Source of the DNA: an uncultured Gammaproteobacteria bacterium
Lineage (GTDB): Bacteria; Patescibacteriota; Microgenomatia; Levybacterales; UBA12049
Direction of reading: 5' to 3'
Assembly (NCBI GenBank): GCA_964521295.1
Contig: CAZFRF010000001.1
Location: 71,751 to 135,750, forward strand
Length of the DNA: 64,000 nucleotides
Of this stretch, positions 29,349 through 40,368 are shown in pieces (within the stretch, counting starts at the first letter, position 1; every line of letters starts with the position of its first letter). Position numbers and translations under genes: made by a program. The notes under the pieces were generated by a model. That model saw nothing but the letters and a program-made list of their open reading frames with translations. It did not search any database and had not been told where the DNA came from.

Positions 29349-30281
29349 ATGCAAAACGAACTGCCTGGTTTAATAGATCAATTCTTAGAATACATGGAAA
29401 TTGAAAAGAATTGCTCGAAGCTAACTCTACGTGATTATAGACACTATTTGGAGGTTTTTGCAAATTGGTTTACTACTACACAGCAAGGTAAAACCGTTGA
29501 AGATCTTGATCTTTCTCTTATTCGAAAATACCGTGTTTTCCTAGCTAATAAGGCTGACGCTAAGGGTCAAACAATGCAACGTGTAACCCAGAATTATTAT
29601 GTTATTGCCTTGCGTTCCTTTCTTAGATTTTTAATAAAAAATGACTTCAAAACACTTGAGCCATCAAAGATAGATTTACCCAAGACTGAGTCTAGAAATC
29701 TTAAGTTTTTAGATAAAGATCAGGTTGATCGCTTAGTAACCGCTGCTGATACGTCCAAAGAAGAAGGCCTTCGAGATCGAGCTATTATGGAGCTTTTGTT
29801 TTCAACCGGCCTCAGGGTTTCAGAACTTGTTAGTTTAGACGTTGATAAGATCAATTTTGACCGTAGAGAGTTCGGAGTTATAGGTAAAGGAAAACGATTA
29901 AGATTAGTGTTCATTTCTGATAGAGCGGCAGATTGGGTCAAGAGATATATAGATACAAGAAAAGATCAATTTAAACCTTTATTTATTCGCTACTCTGGAA
30001 GAGTTGAGGAAATTGATAGTGGTGAGCGGATGCGACTTACTGTTAGGAGCATTGAAAGGATAGTAAAAAAATATGTTCAAAAAGCAAGGATCCCTGTTAA
30101 TGCAACAGTCCATACTCTTCGACATAGTTTTGCTACAGACTTACTTCATAATGGTGCTGATTTAAGAAGTGTTCAAGAAATGCTCGGACATAAGAATATT
30201 GCTACAACCCAAATCTATACCCATATTACCAATCCCCAACTTAGAGATACACATAAAAGTTACCACAGTGGAAATAAGTAG
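29349..30281 (+). CDS. tyrosine recombinase, XerC/XerD-like
   Basis: N-terminal core-binding domain (FLEYMEIEKNCSKLTLRDYRHYL) and the catalytic residues: LRVSEL (Arg), HTLRHSFAT (HxxR), GHKNIATTQIYTHI (Tyr). Confidence 0.8.
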   Translation: MQNELPGLIDQFLEYMEIEKNCSKLTLRDYRHYLEVFANWFTTTQQGKTVEDLDLSLIRKYRVFLANKADAKGQTMQRVTQNYYVIALRSFLRFLIKNDFKTLEPSKIDLPKTESRNLKFLDKDQVDRLVTAADTSKEEGLRDRAIMELLFSTGLRVSELVSLDVDKINFDRREFGVIGKGKRLRLVFISDRAADWVKRYIDTRKDQFKPLFIRYSGRVEEIDSGERMRLTVRSIERIVKKYVQKARIPVNATVHTLRHSFATDLLHNGADLRSVQEMLGHKNIATTQIYTHITNPQLRDTHKSYHSGNK

Positions 30282-30282
30282 A

Positions 30283-30894
30283 TTAAAGCTTTGTAAGTGA
30301 GGAAACAATCTTATCTGCTTCTGGAAATATGACTGCATTTTTCTCAGGTATTCCTTGTTCTTTTGTTAAAGAAATCCCTCCAAAACTAGTTGGTGAGCCG
30401 AATGATCCATCGGTGGTGTTTTTTTGACAATAGGTGTAGGAATCTGAATTATTGTTGGTTTGCCCTCTTCTGAAAATATACCCATTGGGATTATTAATCT
30501 CTACAAATGTAGTAAAGGTCTGTGCCATTGGTACGTCCTCATCTCCTGGGTAAAGACACCCTCCTCCTCCACCAGCAAACTGATATATGACTAAGTTATA
30601 TCCGAGCTTAGAGAGGATTAATCTGTCCATGCTTTCGCCCTGTTCTCTTTGGGAAGTCCATCCATCAGGTAGTTGAAGAGAGTATTTGTTAAATACCAAT
30701 ACTCCTCCAGCTTCAACAGTTTTTGTAACTTGCGATGTAGGCGAAGCAGTTTCTGCAGTTACAAAAGGAGTTGGGCTTACTGAGGTCATTATTTCTGCTT
30801 TATTTGTATTAGATTTTGTTCCTAAATAATATGCTCCACCAGCTATTGCTAGAACTAAAATTAAGATGGAAATAATGCTAAGAAGATATTTCAT
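30283..30894 (-). CDS. secreted/membrane-anchored hypothetical protein
   Basis: N-terminal hydrophobic anchor (LLSIISILILVLAIAGGAYYL). Confidence 0.45.
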   Translation of the reverse strand: MKYLLSIISILILVLAIAGGAYYLGTKSNTNKAEIMTSVSPTPFVTAETASPTSQVTKTVEAGGVLVFNKYSLQLPDGWTSQREQGESMDRLILSKLGYNLVIYQFAGGGGGCLYPGDEDVPMAQTFTTFVEINNPNGYIFRRGQTNNNSDSYTYCQKNTTDGSFGSPTSFGGISLTKEQGIPEKNAVIFPEADKIVSSLTKL

Positions 30895-31655
30895 TAGTAT
30901 GTTTCGTAATAGATTGTTACTCCTACATTTACTTTATTTTGTCCTGGTGTAATGCTGGTTGAATCTAAACTAGGTTCGCTTTTTTGAGCACTCATAAAAA
31001 TGGGTTGAGGATTTGTTCCGGAGGAAACAACATTAATAATTCTACCGAGCTTAATACCTGCTGAATTAGCTAGGAATTGAGCCTGAGTTTTAGCTTTGTT
31101 AACTGCTTTTTCAGTAGCTTCTTTTTCTAATTCTTCTTGTAGCTCTTTAGAGAAAGTAAAATTAGCTGAGCTTACTAAATTTGCACCATCTTTAGTTACT
31201 AAATCTGTAATTTTATTTACCTCATTTATTTTTACGTTAATCTCCAAATTTTGGGTTACTTCAAATCCATTAGAACTTGGTCTAGTGGGAAAAGATAAAT
31301 CTGTTCCACCGTTATAGTTTGGATTAACAGAATAATTTGTAGTTTTAATATCCACTTCTTTTACCCCCTGAGCTTTTAAATCACTGATTAGCTTATTTGT
31401 TACTGTATTTACTTGTTTTTGGGCGTCTTCAACTGTCGTAGCTTGTTTAGTAACCCCTGCGTAGATGATTGCTTGATCAGGTGCAGCTGTTACTTCAGCA
31501 TTGCCTGAGGCAGAAAAAAGATCTGTTTTTGTAGTATTGACGTTATTTACATAAAAAGGAATAGGTCCAAAGATTTTTGTATAAATTAAAAGTAGTACAA
31601 AAAAAGTAGCTATGGTAACTATTGGAGTTTTAAATTGATTCCAAAAATTTTGCAC
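30894..31655 (-). CDS. SIMPL-domain (DUF541) protein
   Basis: N-terminal anchor, then the characteristic SIMPL layout (nnvnttktdlfsasG.AEV...PD.A.i..GV...a.t..eA......v). GTG start. Confidence 0.55.
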   Translation of the reverse strand: MQNFWNQFKTPIVTIATFFVLLLIYTKIFGPIPFYVNNVNTTKTDLFSASGNAEVTAAPDQAIIYAGVTKQATTVEDAQKQVNTVTNKLISDLKAQGVKEVDIKTTNYSVNPNYNGGTDLSFPTRPSSNGFEVTQNLEINVKINEVNKITDLVTKDGANLVSSANFTFSKELQEELEKEATEKAVNKAKTQAQFLANSAGIKLGRIINVVSSGTNPQPIFMSAQKSEPSLDSTSITPGQNKVNVGVTIYYETY

Positions 31656-31696
31656 AAATTTATATTACCTTTTTATTTTGTAACTGTCAAATTACA

Positions 31697-31725
31697 TTGA
31701 CAAATAAGGCTAAATAAGTTAAATT
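31697..31725 (+). promoter_or_regulatory. sigma70-like promoter TTGACA-17 bp-TAAATT, 7 nt before ATG 31733
   Basis: cattTTGACAaataaggctaaataagtTAAATTagcgcctATG, with a consensus -35 and an exact 17-bp spacer. Confidence 0.45.
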
Positions 31726-31732
31726 AGCGCCT

Positions 31733-32452
31733 ATGGCAGTAAATAGATTTGAAAGACTAGATAGGCATGAATTACCTATCCAAGCAGTTGTTGATCGTAG
31801 TCCTGCATCTTTTCAGGCAACAGTCCCTCTACATATGTCAATTTTTTGGGGACTTAGAGATGGTTCTCCAAGACTTGATCAAGTTGCATATGACAAAGGA
31901 CTATTAAAAGATGCATATAAGGTGGTTGGAGCGTGGTATGACGAAGATATGGATTATCATCTTGGTGCTTTAGAGCCTGATGAGCGAAAGAGCGCAGAAA
32001 GGGATTGGAAAAATTACCTTAGATTTAATCTTGATTGGACACTTGGCTCGTCTAAAGGCACAGAGGTATTGGATTTAACAGTTAGACATAATGGAACAAG
32101 AGACGTAGTCGCTGTCCAGCCAGATCCAATTGCGCTTCTAAATGTGCGTAAAGCTAGTGGTGAGTACTACGGTCCTGAAATGCTTAAGGGAGACTCGGTA
32201 GAAATTATTGGTAAGCCTGAAAGTGTTGTTGATTTTGTATTTCTTTCTCCTGAAAAAATGCTTCAGTATGGAATTGAGGTAGATCAATTTAGAGTTGATC
32301 ATGAGGTAGGAGTTGCAAGAGTGCTTTCGACTGCTTTTCGTACAGATTATTTGACAGGAAATGCGGCAATTCCTAGAGCATTTTTACTTAGAAATTACTC
32401 AGTGTTTTATGCAAATCGCTTATTGGATTCTTTAAGAGTTGCTATGAATTAA
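31733..32452 (+). CDS. hypothetical protein (ORFan, Arg/Asp/Glu-rich)
   Basis: 239-aa ORF with a strong leaderless-type promoter. Confidence 0.45.
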   Translation: MAVNRFERLDRHELPIQAVVDRSPASFQATVPLHMSIFWGLRDGSPRLDQVAYDKGLLKDAYKVVGAWYDEDMDYHLGALEPDERKSAERDWKNYLRFNLDWTLGSSKGTEVLDLTVRHNGTRDVVAVQPDPIALLNVRKASGEYYGPEMLKGDSVEIIGKPESVVDFVFLSPEKMLQYGIEVDQFRVDHEVGVARVLSTAFRTDYLTGNAAIPRAFLLRNYSVFYANRLLDSLRVAMN

Positions 32453-33259
32453 TGTGTTTTCTGAGGCTAAAACGAGATTGCGCATAAGTATTGCAACATT
32501 AACAGGTCCTACTCCGCCAGGAGTTGGGGTATAGAAGAGAGATTTATTTTCAACTTCTACTTCTTCATAGTCCCCTTTTAGTTTTCCTTCCACCGTATGC
32601 ATTCCAACTCCAATTAAAATTACATTGTTTTTGATATTTCCTGAGTTTAAAATATTTTTTCCAACAGCGGAAACAATAATATCTGCATTTCTAAATATTT
32701 CATCTTTATTTTCAGTTTGACTATCTACATAAGTAGTGTTAATACCTAGTTTTTTGAAAAGTTGTCGAATAGGGTTACCTGCAGTAATCCCCTTCCCTGC
32801 TAGAACAATATTTTTTGATTTTAAATCTATATTTGGATCTGCTTTAGTAATTAACTCAATTACAGCTTCAGCAACCGGTGTTTTAAAAGGAGAGTTAGAG
32901 TGAAATCCATCAATATCTTTTGTAGAAGTTACAGCTTCAGAGATAGTTTGCTCATCAAACTTACTTGGCATTGGTCTTTGGACAATTATTCCATTGACCT
33001 TGGGATCATTATTTAGCTTTTCAATTAAATCATAAACTGTTTTTTGATCAATATTTTCCTCAAATCTTTTGATAGTTATTTGGGCCCCAATATATTCAGC
33101 TTTTAATATTTTTTGTTTTAAATAACTTTCAGTTTGGGGATTATTACCAAAGGTAATAATATACATTTGAGGAACAAGTGCTTTAAACTTAAGAATCTCT
33201 ACCCTTTGCTTTAAATCGTCTAAAATTTGTTGCGCCAAAGCTTTTCCATCTATTTTCAT
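32432..33259 (-). CDS. folD: bifunctional methylenetetrahydrofolate dehydrogenase/cyclohydrolase
   Basis: KIDGKALAQ, conserved Lys/Tyr catalytic region, NGIIVQRPMP, VLAGKG..AGNPI, PGGVGP. Confidence 0.85.
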   Translation of the reverse strand: MKIDGKALAQQILDDLKQRVEILKFKALVPQMYIITFGNNPQTESYLKQKILKAEYIGAQITIKRFEENIDQKTVYDLIEKLNNDPKVNGIIVQRPMPSKFDEQTISEAVTSTKDIDGFHSNSPFKTPVAEAVIELITKADPNIDLKSKNIVLAGKGITAGNPIRQLFKKLGINTTYVDSQTENKDEIFRNADIIVSAVGKNILNSGNIKNNVILIGVGMHTVEGKLKGDYEEVEVENKSLFYTPTPGGVGPVNVAILMRNLVLASENTLIHSNS

Positions 33260-33288
33260 GACTCTATTATACTATATTTAGCTTCGAG

Positions 33289-35754
33289 TTATTCTTCGAT
33301 GCAAGCTGCGGAGGCAACGTGGTCACCTGTTTTAGAAAATCTCATCAAGATTACTCCCTGAGTCGCACGGGATAATGCAGGAATATCATCCATACTTAGT
33401 TTTACAATTTGGCCTTTTTGAGATGTAATAATAACTTCTTTGCTGCTTTCTGGAACTACTTGAGAATAGGCAATTTTACCTGTCTTGGTTGTTACTTCAG
33501 CAACTTTTACGCCTTGTCCTCCCCTCCCCTGCTTAGGGAACTGATCGACTCCAGTTTTCTTGCCATAACCATTTTCCATAATAGTTAGAGCAAAAGCTTT
33601 AGAGCCTTTATGAACAATATCCATTTGAATTACTTCATCATCTTTGCCAATTAATATTCCTCTAACACCCATGGTGTTTCTACCCATTGGTCTGACTTGC
33701 TCCTGAGCAAATCTAATGGATTTACCATTTCTGGTAATGAGTAATATTTCATCATTGTCAGTCGTTAATTTGCTCCAGACTAATTCATCACCTTTATCGA
33801 GTTTAATAGCGGCAATTCCAGATTTTCTAATATTTTCAAACTCAGATAATTTACTTTTTTTAACAGTACCATTTCTAGTAGTTAGGAATACATAGGTGGA
33901 TTTATCATTTTTACCATAGGAAACAAATGCCTCAACTTTCTCTCCTGCTTCAATATTCAAGAGATTAACAATAGCAGTTCCCTTGCTTGTTCTTGAGCTT
34001 TCAGGAATTTCATAAGCTTTGGTTTGGTAAACCTTTCCTTTATTGGTAAAGAACAAAAGATTGTCATGAGTTTGTGCTGATTTAATATCAGCGATCATGT
34101 CTTCTTCTTTAGTGGTCATACCAATAATTCCTTTGCCACCGCGCTGTTGCGTCTTAAAGCTTTGTGAGCTTTGTCTTTTAATATACCCAGTTTGAGTTAT
34201 GGTAATAACTGTAGCTTCATTTGGAATTAAATCTTCTTCTGAGAATTCTCCCAGTTTTCCTTTATAGACTTTTGTTCTTCTTGGGTCATTATATTTTTCT
34301 TTTAATTTAGCAAGTTCATCTTTAATAACAACTAAAATTTTAGCTGGATGAGCAAGGAGGTCTTCAAGATAAGCAATCAGCTCTTTTACCATTTGGTATT
34401 CTTCTTCAATTTTTTGTCTTTCCAGAGCAGCTAATCTTCTTAACTGTAAGTCCAAAATTGCGGTTGCTTGGAGTTCAGATAATTTAAATCTAGTCATTAA
34501 ATTATTTTTTGCGTCTTCTTGGGTTTTACTTTCTCTAATGGTTTTAATAACAGCGTCTAAATTGTCGACTGCAATTTTTAAGCCTTCTAAAATATGAAGT
34601 CTTGCTTTTGCTTGTTTTAATTCAAATTCACTTCTTCTTTTTACTACTAAATATCTGTGTTTAATAAATTCTTCAAGGATCGATTTTAAGTTAAGAGTTT
34701 GTGGAGTTCCATCAACTAAGGCAACTATATTTGCAGAAAAAGTTGTTTGCAAAGCAGTGTATTTAAAGAGATTATTTAAAACTTTCTTTGGAGATGCATC
34801 TCTTTTAAGCTCAACAACTACCCTAATTCCGTGTCTATCTGACTCGTCTCTTAAATCTGAAATTCCTTCAATCTTTTTTTCTTTAGCAAGGTCTGCGATT
34901 CTGGCAACAAGTAAGGCTTTATTTACTTGGTATGGAAGCTCAGTAATGATAATTGCGGATTTTCCTCCACCGATTTCTTCAATCTCTGCTTTTCCTCTAA
35001 TAAGTACTCTTCCTCTGCCAGTTGTGTAGACATTGCGAATTTCAGACATGTCATAGATGTTGCCTGCTGTTGGGAAATCTGGTCCTTTAATAAACTCTAA
35101 GAGTTCATCAACGGTGGCTGTCGAAGTAACGCCAAATGGTTCATGGGTAACTTTTGCAGTTGAAATAACATGGAAAAGTGCGTCAACTACCTCACCAAGA
35201 TTATGTGGTGGAATTTTGGTTGCCATACCAACGGCAATACCTTCAGATCCCATAAGTAAAAGATTAGGAAGTAAGCTTGGTAAAAAGACTGGTTCTTTAA
35301 GGGTTGCGTCAAAGTTCTCTGTATAATCTACAGTTTCTTTTTCCATATCTAAAAGCATTTCAGCAGTGATTGCTGCCATTCTAGCTTCTGTGTAACGCAT
35401 AGCTGCTGGTGGATCTCCATCCATTGATCCAAAGTTTCCTTGGCCATCGACTAATGGATAACGCATAGCAAAATCTTGAGCCATACGAACTAAGGAGTCA
35501 TAGATTGGCACATCTCCATGAGGATGATATTTTCCCATTACTTCTCCGACAACGGTTGCAGACTTTTTATATTTAGCAGAATGAGTTAGGCTCATTTCAT
35601 GCATAGCAAAAAGAATTCTTCTATGTACTGGTTTTAATCCATCTCTAACATCTGGGAGCGCTCTGGAGACTATAACAGACATTGCGTAATCTAAATACGC
35701 ACGTTTCATTTCTTTTGCGATTTCCGTATTTTGAAGTTTTCCTATATCTGCCAT
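33289..35754 (-). CDS. gyrA: DNA gyrase subunit A
   Basis: [27 protein letters not shown], the active-site Tyr region, a C-terminal beta-pinwheel and the GyrA box QRGGKG. Confidence 0.95.
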   Translation of the reverse strand: MADIGKLQNTEIAKEMKRAYLDYAMSVIVSRALPDVRDGLKPVHRRILFAMHEMSLTHSAKYKKSATVVGEVMGKYHPHGDVPIYDSLVRMAQDFAMRYPLVDGQGNFGSMDGDPPAAMRYTEARMAAITAEMLLDMEKETVDYTENFDATLKEPVFLPSLLPNLLLMGSEGIAVGMATKIPPHNLGEVVDALFHVISTAKVTHEPFGVTSTATVDELLEFIKGPDFPTAGNIYDMSEIRNVYTTGRGRVLIRGKAEIEEIGGGKSAIIITELPYQVNKALLVARIADLAKEKKIEGISDLRDESDRHGIRVVVELKRDASPKKVLNNLFKYTALQTTFSANIVALVDGTPQTLNLKSILEEFIKHRYLVVKRRSEFELKQAKARLHILEGLKIAVDNLDAVIKTIRESKTQEDAKNNLMTRFKLSELQATAILDLQLRRLAALERQKIEEEYQMVKELIAYLEDLLAHPAKILVVIKDELAKLKEKYNDPRRTKVYKGKLGEFSEEDLIPNEATVITITQTGYIKRQSSQSFKTQQRGGKGIIGMTTKEEDMIADIKSAQTHDNLLFFTNKGKVYQTKAYEIPESSRTSKGTAIVNLLNIEAGEKVEAFVSYGKNDKSTYVFLTTRNGTVKKSKLSEFENIRKSGIAAIKLDKGDELVWSKLTTDNDEILLITRNGKSIRFAQEQVRPMGRNTMGVRGILIGKDDEVIQMDIVHKGSKAFALTIMENGYGKKTGVDQFPKQGRGGQGVKVAEVTTKTGKIAYSQVVPESSKEVIITSQKGQIVKLSMDDIPALSRATQGVILMRFSKTGDHVASAACIEE

Positions 35755-35791
35755 TGTAAGTAAATTTACTGCCTTCCTCAGTTAAAAATTA

Positions 35792-37828
35792 TTAGATAAG
35801 GAAAGAAGCGATTAATAGTGCAACGATGTTCAAAACTTTAATCATTGGGTTAATTGCTGGTCCTGCAGTATCTTTGTATGGATCTCCTACTGTATCTCCG
35901 GTAACTGCTGATGCATGCGCAAAACTTCCTTTTCCACCTAAATGTCCTTCTTCAATATATTTTTTAGTATTGTCCCAAGCAGCTCCACCGGTTGTCATGG
36001 AGATTCCTAAGAAAAGACCTGTGACAATGCTTCCTACTAAAAGTCCACCAAGTGCTTTTGGTCCAAGCAAGAAACCAACTACAATTGGTGCTGCGATAGT
36101 AATAACAGTTGGTAAAATCATTTCTTTAATAGCGGCTGTAGTAACAATACTTACTGCTTGGCCATATTCAGGCTTTACTTTTCCAGTCATGATGCCTTTG
36201 ATTTCCTTAAATTGTCTTCTAACTTCGTCAACAACTGCAACTGATGCTTTACCTACGGCTTCCATAGCTAGAGCTGCAAAGATATATGGTAATGCGCCTC
36301 CGATGAAAAGACCTACAACTACTAATGGATCAGAAAGGCTAAAAGCGCTTTCTAAATTAAATTTACCGCTTTTAGTAAGTTCTTGTGTGTAGCTTGCAAA
36401 AAGTACCAAAGCTGCAAGTCCTGCGCTGCCTATAGCATAAGCTTTAGTAACTGCTTTAGTTGTGTTTCCAACAGCGTCTAATGGATCAGTAACATCTCTT
36501 ACTTTTTTATCCATTCCAGCCATTTCAGCAATTCCACCTGCGTTATCTGTGATTGGTCCAAAAGCATCGATAGCAACAATGATTCCAGCTAGAGACAACA
36601 TGCTCATAGCTGCAATTGCTACTCCATAAAGACCTGCTAAATTAAAGGAGACTAAAATTGCCGCTGCAATTAATAGGATTGGTGCTAAGGTTGATTTCAT
36701 CGAAACTGCAAGTCCTGCAATTACATTAGTTCCATGTCCGGTTGAGGATGCATTTGCAATTGTTTTGACTGGAGAAAACTTTTTAGATGTAAAGTATTCA
36801 GTAATACCTACCATACCAATAGTTACGATTAAACCAATGATAGATGTATAGAAAATATTCATACTTGAAATCCCATTTAAGCCTGTTGGAAAAACAGCTT
36901 GAGCTAAGACATAAAAAAGTGCGATTGAAACTACGATTGAAACACCTAGTCCAATATATAGAGCTTGCATGATTCCTGTTCCCCTTACTCTAACAAACCA
37001 TGTTCCAACAATACTTGCAACAATACTTGCTGCTCCAATTAAAAGTGGGAAGAAAACAACTGCTAAATTGTTTGGGAAGAGAAGTTTGCCCAAAATCATT
37101 GCAGCAACTGCTGTAATGACATAGGTTTCGAAAAGATCTGCTGCCATTCCTGCGTCATCTCCAACATTGTCTCCTACTAAGTCTGCAATAACTCCAGGAT
37201 TTCTAGGATCATCTTCTGGAATTCCGGCTTCAATTTTACCTACCATGTCAGTTCCGACGTCAGCTGATTTTGTGAAGATTCCTCCACCAAGCCTTGCAAA
37301 TACTGATATTAATGAACCTCCAAAACCAAGAGCAACAAGTGGTCCGAGGTCACCATGTGCATATTTTTCTAAGATCCAATAAAAGCCTGCAACTGAAAGT
37401 AAAGCAAGTCCTGCAACCATAAGTCCAGTTACCGCACCACCTTTAAAGGCCATATTAAATGCACTTGCTAGTCCTTTTCTGGCTGCTTGAGCTGTTCTAA
37501 TGTTGCTTCTTACAGCAACACTCATTCCTACTACTCCAGCAACGGTTGAAAAAATTGCTCCAATTGCAAAACCTACTGCGTTGTATACACCTAGGAAATA
37601 ATAAAGAATTGCAAAGATAATCACTCCAATTACAGCAACTACTGTATATTGTTTTTTCATGTAGGCTACTGCGCCTTCTGCAATTGCATCAGAAATACTA
37701 TTCATTTTAGCGTCGCCTCTGGGACTTTTTAAAACTTGTGCGGTAAGAACTGCTCCGTAGATAATGGAGATTATGGCTGCAACTATGGTAATAACCAATT
37801 TATGCGTGAATAATAATGATAAATCCAT
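35792..37828 (-). CDS. hppA: membrane-bound proton-translocating pyrophosphatase
   Basis: [18 protein letters not shown] and [11 protein letters not shown] are H+-PPase signatures. About 16 transmembrane helices. Confidence 0.9.
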   Translation of the reverse strand: MDLSLLFTHKLVITIVAAIISIIYGAVLTAQVLKSPRGDAKMNSISDAIAEGAVAYMKKQYTVVAVIGVIIFAILYYFLGVYNAVGFAIGAIFSTVAGVVGMSVAVRSNIRTAQAARKGLASAFNMAFKGGAVTGLMVAGLALLSVAGFYWILEKYAHGDLGPLVALGFGGSLISVFARLGGGIFTKSADVGTDMVGKIEAGIPEDDPRNPGVIADLVGDNVGDDAGMAADLFETYVITAVAAMILGKLLFPNNLAVVFFPLLIGAASIVASIVGTWFVRVRGTGIMQALYIGLGVSIVVSIALFYVLAQAVFPTGLNGISSMNIFYTSIIGLIVTIGMVGITEYFTSKKFSPVKTIANASSTGHGTNVIAGLAVSMKSTLAPILLIAAAILVSFNLAGLYGVAIAAMSMLSLAGIIVAIDAFGPITDNAGGIAEMAGMDKKVRDVTDPLDAVGNTTKAVTKAYAIGSAGLAALVLFASYTQELTKSGKFNLESAFSLSDPLVVVGLFIGGALPYIFAALAMEAVGKASVAVVDEVRRQFKEIKGIMTGKVKPEYGQAVSIVTTAAIKEMILPTVITIAAPIVVGFLLGPKALGGLLVGSIVTGLFLGISMTTGGAAWDNTKKYIEEGHLGGKGSFAHASAVTGDTVGDPYKDTAGPAINPMIKVLNIVALLIASFLI

Positions 37829-37927
37829 ATGAACTTAGTCATTATAAATAAATTTTCCTGAGATTTCAAGACTGTCTTCCATTTTTCGTGCCGGCAACGA
37901 AAAATGTAATTTGGGTTAATAGACGAA

Positions 37928-38473
37928 TTATCTAGATTCGGCTATTGGCTCCCCTACTCTTTTGGACTTACCAAAAGCTTTTTCCAATGGACCAAAAAGA
38001 TCATCGAATCTTTTCTGGGATTGTTTTATTGCCCATTGGTTATTCCTATGCATATTTTCTCCTGGCATCCACCAGTTTACATAGTCAACACTTGCTCTGG
38101 ATGACTCAAGTAAGGATATGATATGTCCTTCAGCGCAGCCTGGACTCATTCTTCTAAAAGAAATTCCCCAGACGCTATTTGTACCCTCACTTTTATTAAT
38201 TGAAACTTGCCAGTTTCTACCAAGTGAATCATTCATATCCAATCCATTTAGTTGTGGGAGAGCGTCTGCTAGTCCCTGAGATCTTTCCAATATTGCTCTG
38301 ACAAAAGGTTCTAGTTCGTCCTGAGAAACCTCTTCCCTAGGTAGATCTTTGAGGTCAGCAAATACCTCTCTTCCATAAGCTAATTCTTGCTCTCTTTCAG
38401 CTTTTTCTCTTTCATATTGTTTTCTAGCAAGCCTAGCTTCTAAAGCTGGATCATATTCTATGTCGCAACCCAT
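37928..38473 (-). CDS. hypothetical protein (ORFan, Glu/Arg-rich)
   Basis: The start is moved to the ATG at 38473 (MGCDIEYDP), which is preceded by a perfect SD AGGAGGTGA 7 nt upstream. The track ORF extends further. Confidence 0.5.
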   Translation of the reverse strand: MGCDIEYDPALEARLARKQYEREKAEREQELAYGREVFADLKDLPREEVSQDELEPFVRAILERSQGLADALPQLNGLDMNDSLGRNWQVSINKSEGTNSVWGISFRRMSPGCAEGHIISLLESSRASVDYVNWWMPGENMHRNNQWAIKQSQKRFDDLFGPLEKAFGKSKRVGEPIAESR

Positions 38474-38749
38474 TTTATTCACCTCCTTTTCTTTTTTAGG
38501 CTTAACTGATTGGTTTGCAAAAAGAGGAGTGGTTTTTGGTGGCCACTTGAAACATTTAAATAGTTTTCTAGTTATTATTAATGCCATTACTCTTTTAAAT
38601 TTATTTAAAGGAATGGGAAACGAAAAATTGTTTGCAAAAGGGATGGTTTTCTAAAAACCTGTCGGAGACAACAGTAGTAGTGGCGAGGATTGCCATTACA
38701 CTCTAAATATATGGTATTTTAAACTTTCTGTCAATATGGATTTTGGGGG

Positions 38750-39322
38750 TTAAAGTCTAATTTTAAACTTTCGCATTTCTTTAATTAAATCCTCTGCGCC
38801 TTTAAATTGAATTGCATTTATTCCCATTCCTTGTGCTCCTTCGACATTAATGATTCTGTCATCAGTAAATAGGATTTCATCTGGGTTTACCTCAGATTTT
38901 TGAATTAGGATCTTATAAAACTCAGCTTCTGGTTTTATAAATTTATGTCGAGAAGATATTATTAGTTCATCAAATAAATCTTTTATTCCTTGTTTCTCTA
39001 AAAGTTTGTCTATTAAATCATGATGAAAATTGGAAAATAAAAATACTTTGTAGTTTTGACGAAGTTTTTTAATGAGGGCAACAACATCTTTATCTGGTTT
39101 TAGATTTTCGTAAAAACTATTCCAGACGTCTTCAATTCCAGTTAATTCAGAAATTAAATCAAAGACCTCAGTCATAGTCATCTCTCCTCTATCCCACTTA
39201 GGAGTATGGGCTTTATATTTTACCCAGCGAGGTTCTCCTGGGACTAAATTTTCTCTAACCCATTTACTCATGGGTCCTGGAGAAATAACATCGTTATAGT
39301 CAAAAGCGATAACTTTAATCAT
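38750..39322 (-). CDS. HAD-superfamily hydrolase
   Basis: N-terminal DxD motif (IAFDYNDVI) and the characteristic HAD layout. Confidence 0.65.
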   Translation of the reverse strand: MIKVIAFDYNDVISPGPMSKWVRENLVPGEPRWVKYKAHTPKWDRGEMTMTEVFDLISELTGIEDVWNSFYENLKPDKDVVALIKKLRQNYKVFLFSNFHHDLIDKLLEKQGIKDLFDELIISSRHKFIKPEAEFYKILIQKSEVNPDEILFTDDRIINVEGAQGMGINAIQFKGAEDLIKEMRKFKIRL

Positions 39323-39340
39323 TTTGTGAGTATATAAATT

Positions 39341-39760
39341 CTATATTTCCTTTTCAAATATAATGAAATCTTGATGCTCGTAATGATTTGGCAAAATGGC
39401 AACCTGTTTATATCCATGTTTTAAATAGAATTTCTCAGTTGGCCAACCCTTACCGGTTAAGAGATGGGATTTATGGGCATTCTTTGTTTTAGCGTAATCT
39501 TCAATAAACTCCATAAGCATGCCGCCAACTCCTTTGCCTCTTTCACTTTTAGCAACAATTAAATCGCTAATGTGTAAAATTCCTTGTTCAATTTTTCCAC
39601 AGATTGTGCCAACTATTTTTCCATTTTCCTCTGCTTTGAAGGCATATTCTTCTTCATACCAATCCAAAGCTTTACCATAATACATCTTATCTGCATCAAC
39701 CCATTCTTTTTCAAGAAAGTCTTTTATGTTTGTTTTTTGTGTTTTGTTTATGGTAATCAT
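39341..39760 (-). CDS. GNAT-family N-acetyltransferase
   Basis: Acetyl-CoA binding motif A region (VAKSERGKGVGGMLM). Confidence 0.6.
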   Translation of the reverse strand: MITINKTQKTNIKDFLEKEWVDADKMYYGKALDWYEEEYAFKAEENGKIVGTICGKIEQGILHISDLIVAKSERGKGVGGMLMEFIEDYAKTKNAHKSHLLTGKGWPTEKFYLKHGYKQVAILPNHYEHQDFIIFEKEI

Positions 39761-39783
39761 TGAGAAATTATATCAAAAGCTAG

Positions 39784-40350
39784 TTATTTGTTTTCTAAGC
39801 TTTTCCATAAATACCAAGAAGCAAGGCTTCTAAAAGGCTTCCAGGTTTCAGAAAGCTTTAAAATATCAATATCTTTTTCTAGATTATATAAATTCTTAAT
39901 TGCTCTTTTCAGGCCAGCATCTCCAATTGAAAAAACGTCTGCTCTTTTTAAAGTAAAGATTAAAATCATCTCTGCAGTCCACTTCCCTACTCCTTTAATT
40001 TTAGTTAATGTTTTAATTACTTCTTCGTCAGACATTTTAGAAATTTGATTTATATCTATTTCTTCATTTTTAAAAGCTTGAGCAATATTTTTAATGTACT
40101 TAGCTTTTGAGTAGCTCATACCAGCGCTTCTTAATTTTTCGCTATCTATTTCTAATATTTCATCAGGGGTTGGAAATGCTGAGTTAAATAAGCTTAGAAA
40201 CCTATTATATATAGTAGTAGCTGCCTTAGTTGATAATTGTTGGCTAATAATGGACTCAATTAATTGTTGTAAAAGATATTCACTTCTATCTTCAAATTCA
40301 TGGGGTCCATATTTGTCATATAGCTTTCTTAAAACTGGATCTTTAAACAT
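39784..40350 (-). CDS. HhH-GPD base-excision DNA glycosylase (3-methyladenine glycosylase/AlkA-like)
   Basis: LTKIKGVGKWTAEMILIF (helix-hairpin-helix, Gly/Pro-rich loop) followed by the catalytic Asp (FSIGDAGL). Confidence 0.65.
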   Translation of the reverse strand: MFKDPVLRKLYDKYGPHEFEDRSEYLLQQLIESIISQQLSTKAATTIYNRFLSLFNSAFPTPDEILEIDSEKLRSAGMSYSKAKYIKNIAQAFKNEEIDINQISKMSDEEVIKTLTKIKGVGKWTAEMILIFTLKRADVFSIGDAGLKRAIKNLYNLEKDIDILKLSETWKPFRSLASWYLWKSLENK

Positions 40351-40368
40351 TGAGAAATTATAACAAAC

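Noticed and set aside
35826-36392. 188-aa plus-strand ORF, and similar antisense ORFs within gyrA, hisS, pilB and others
   Set aside because: It is embedded antisense within the well-supported hppA gene. It is a typical shadow ORF.
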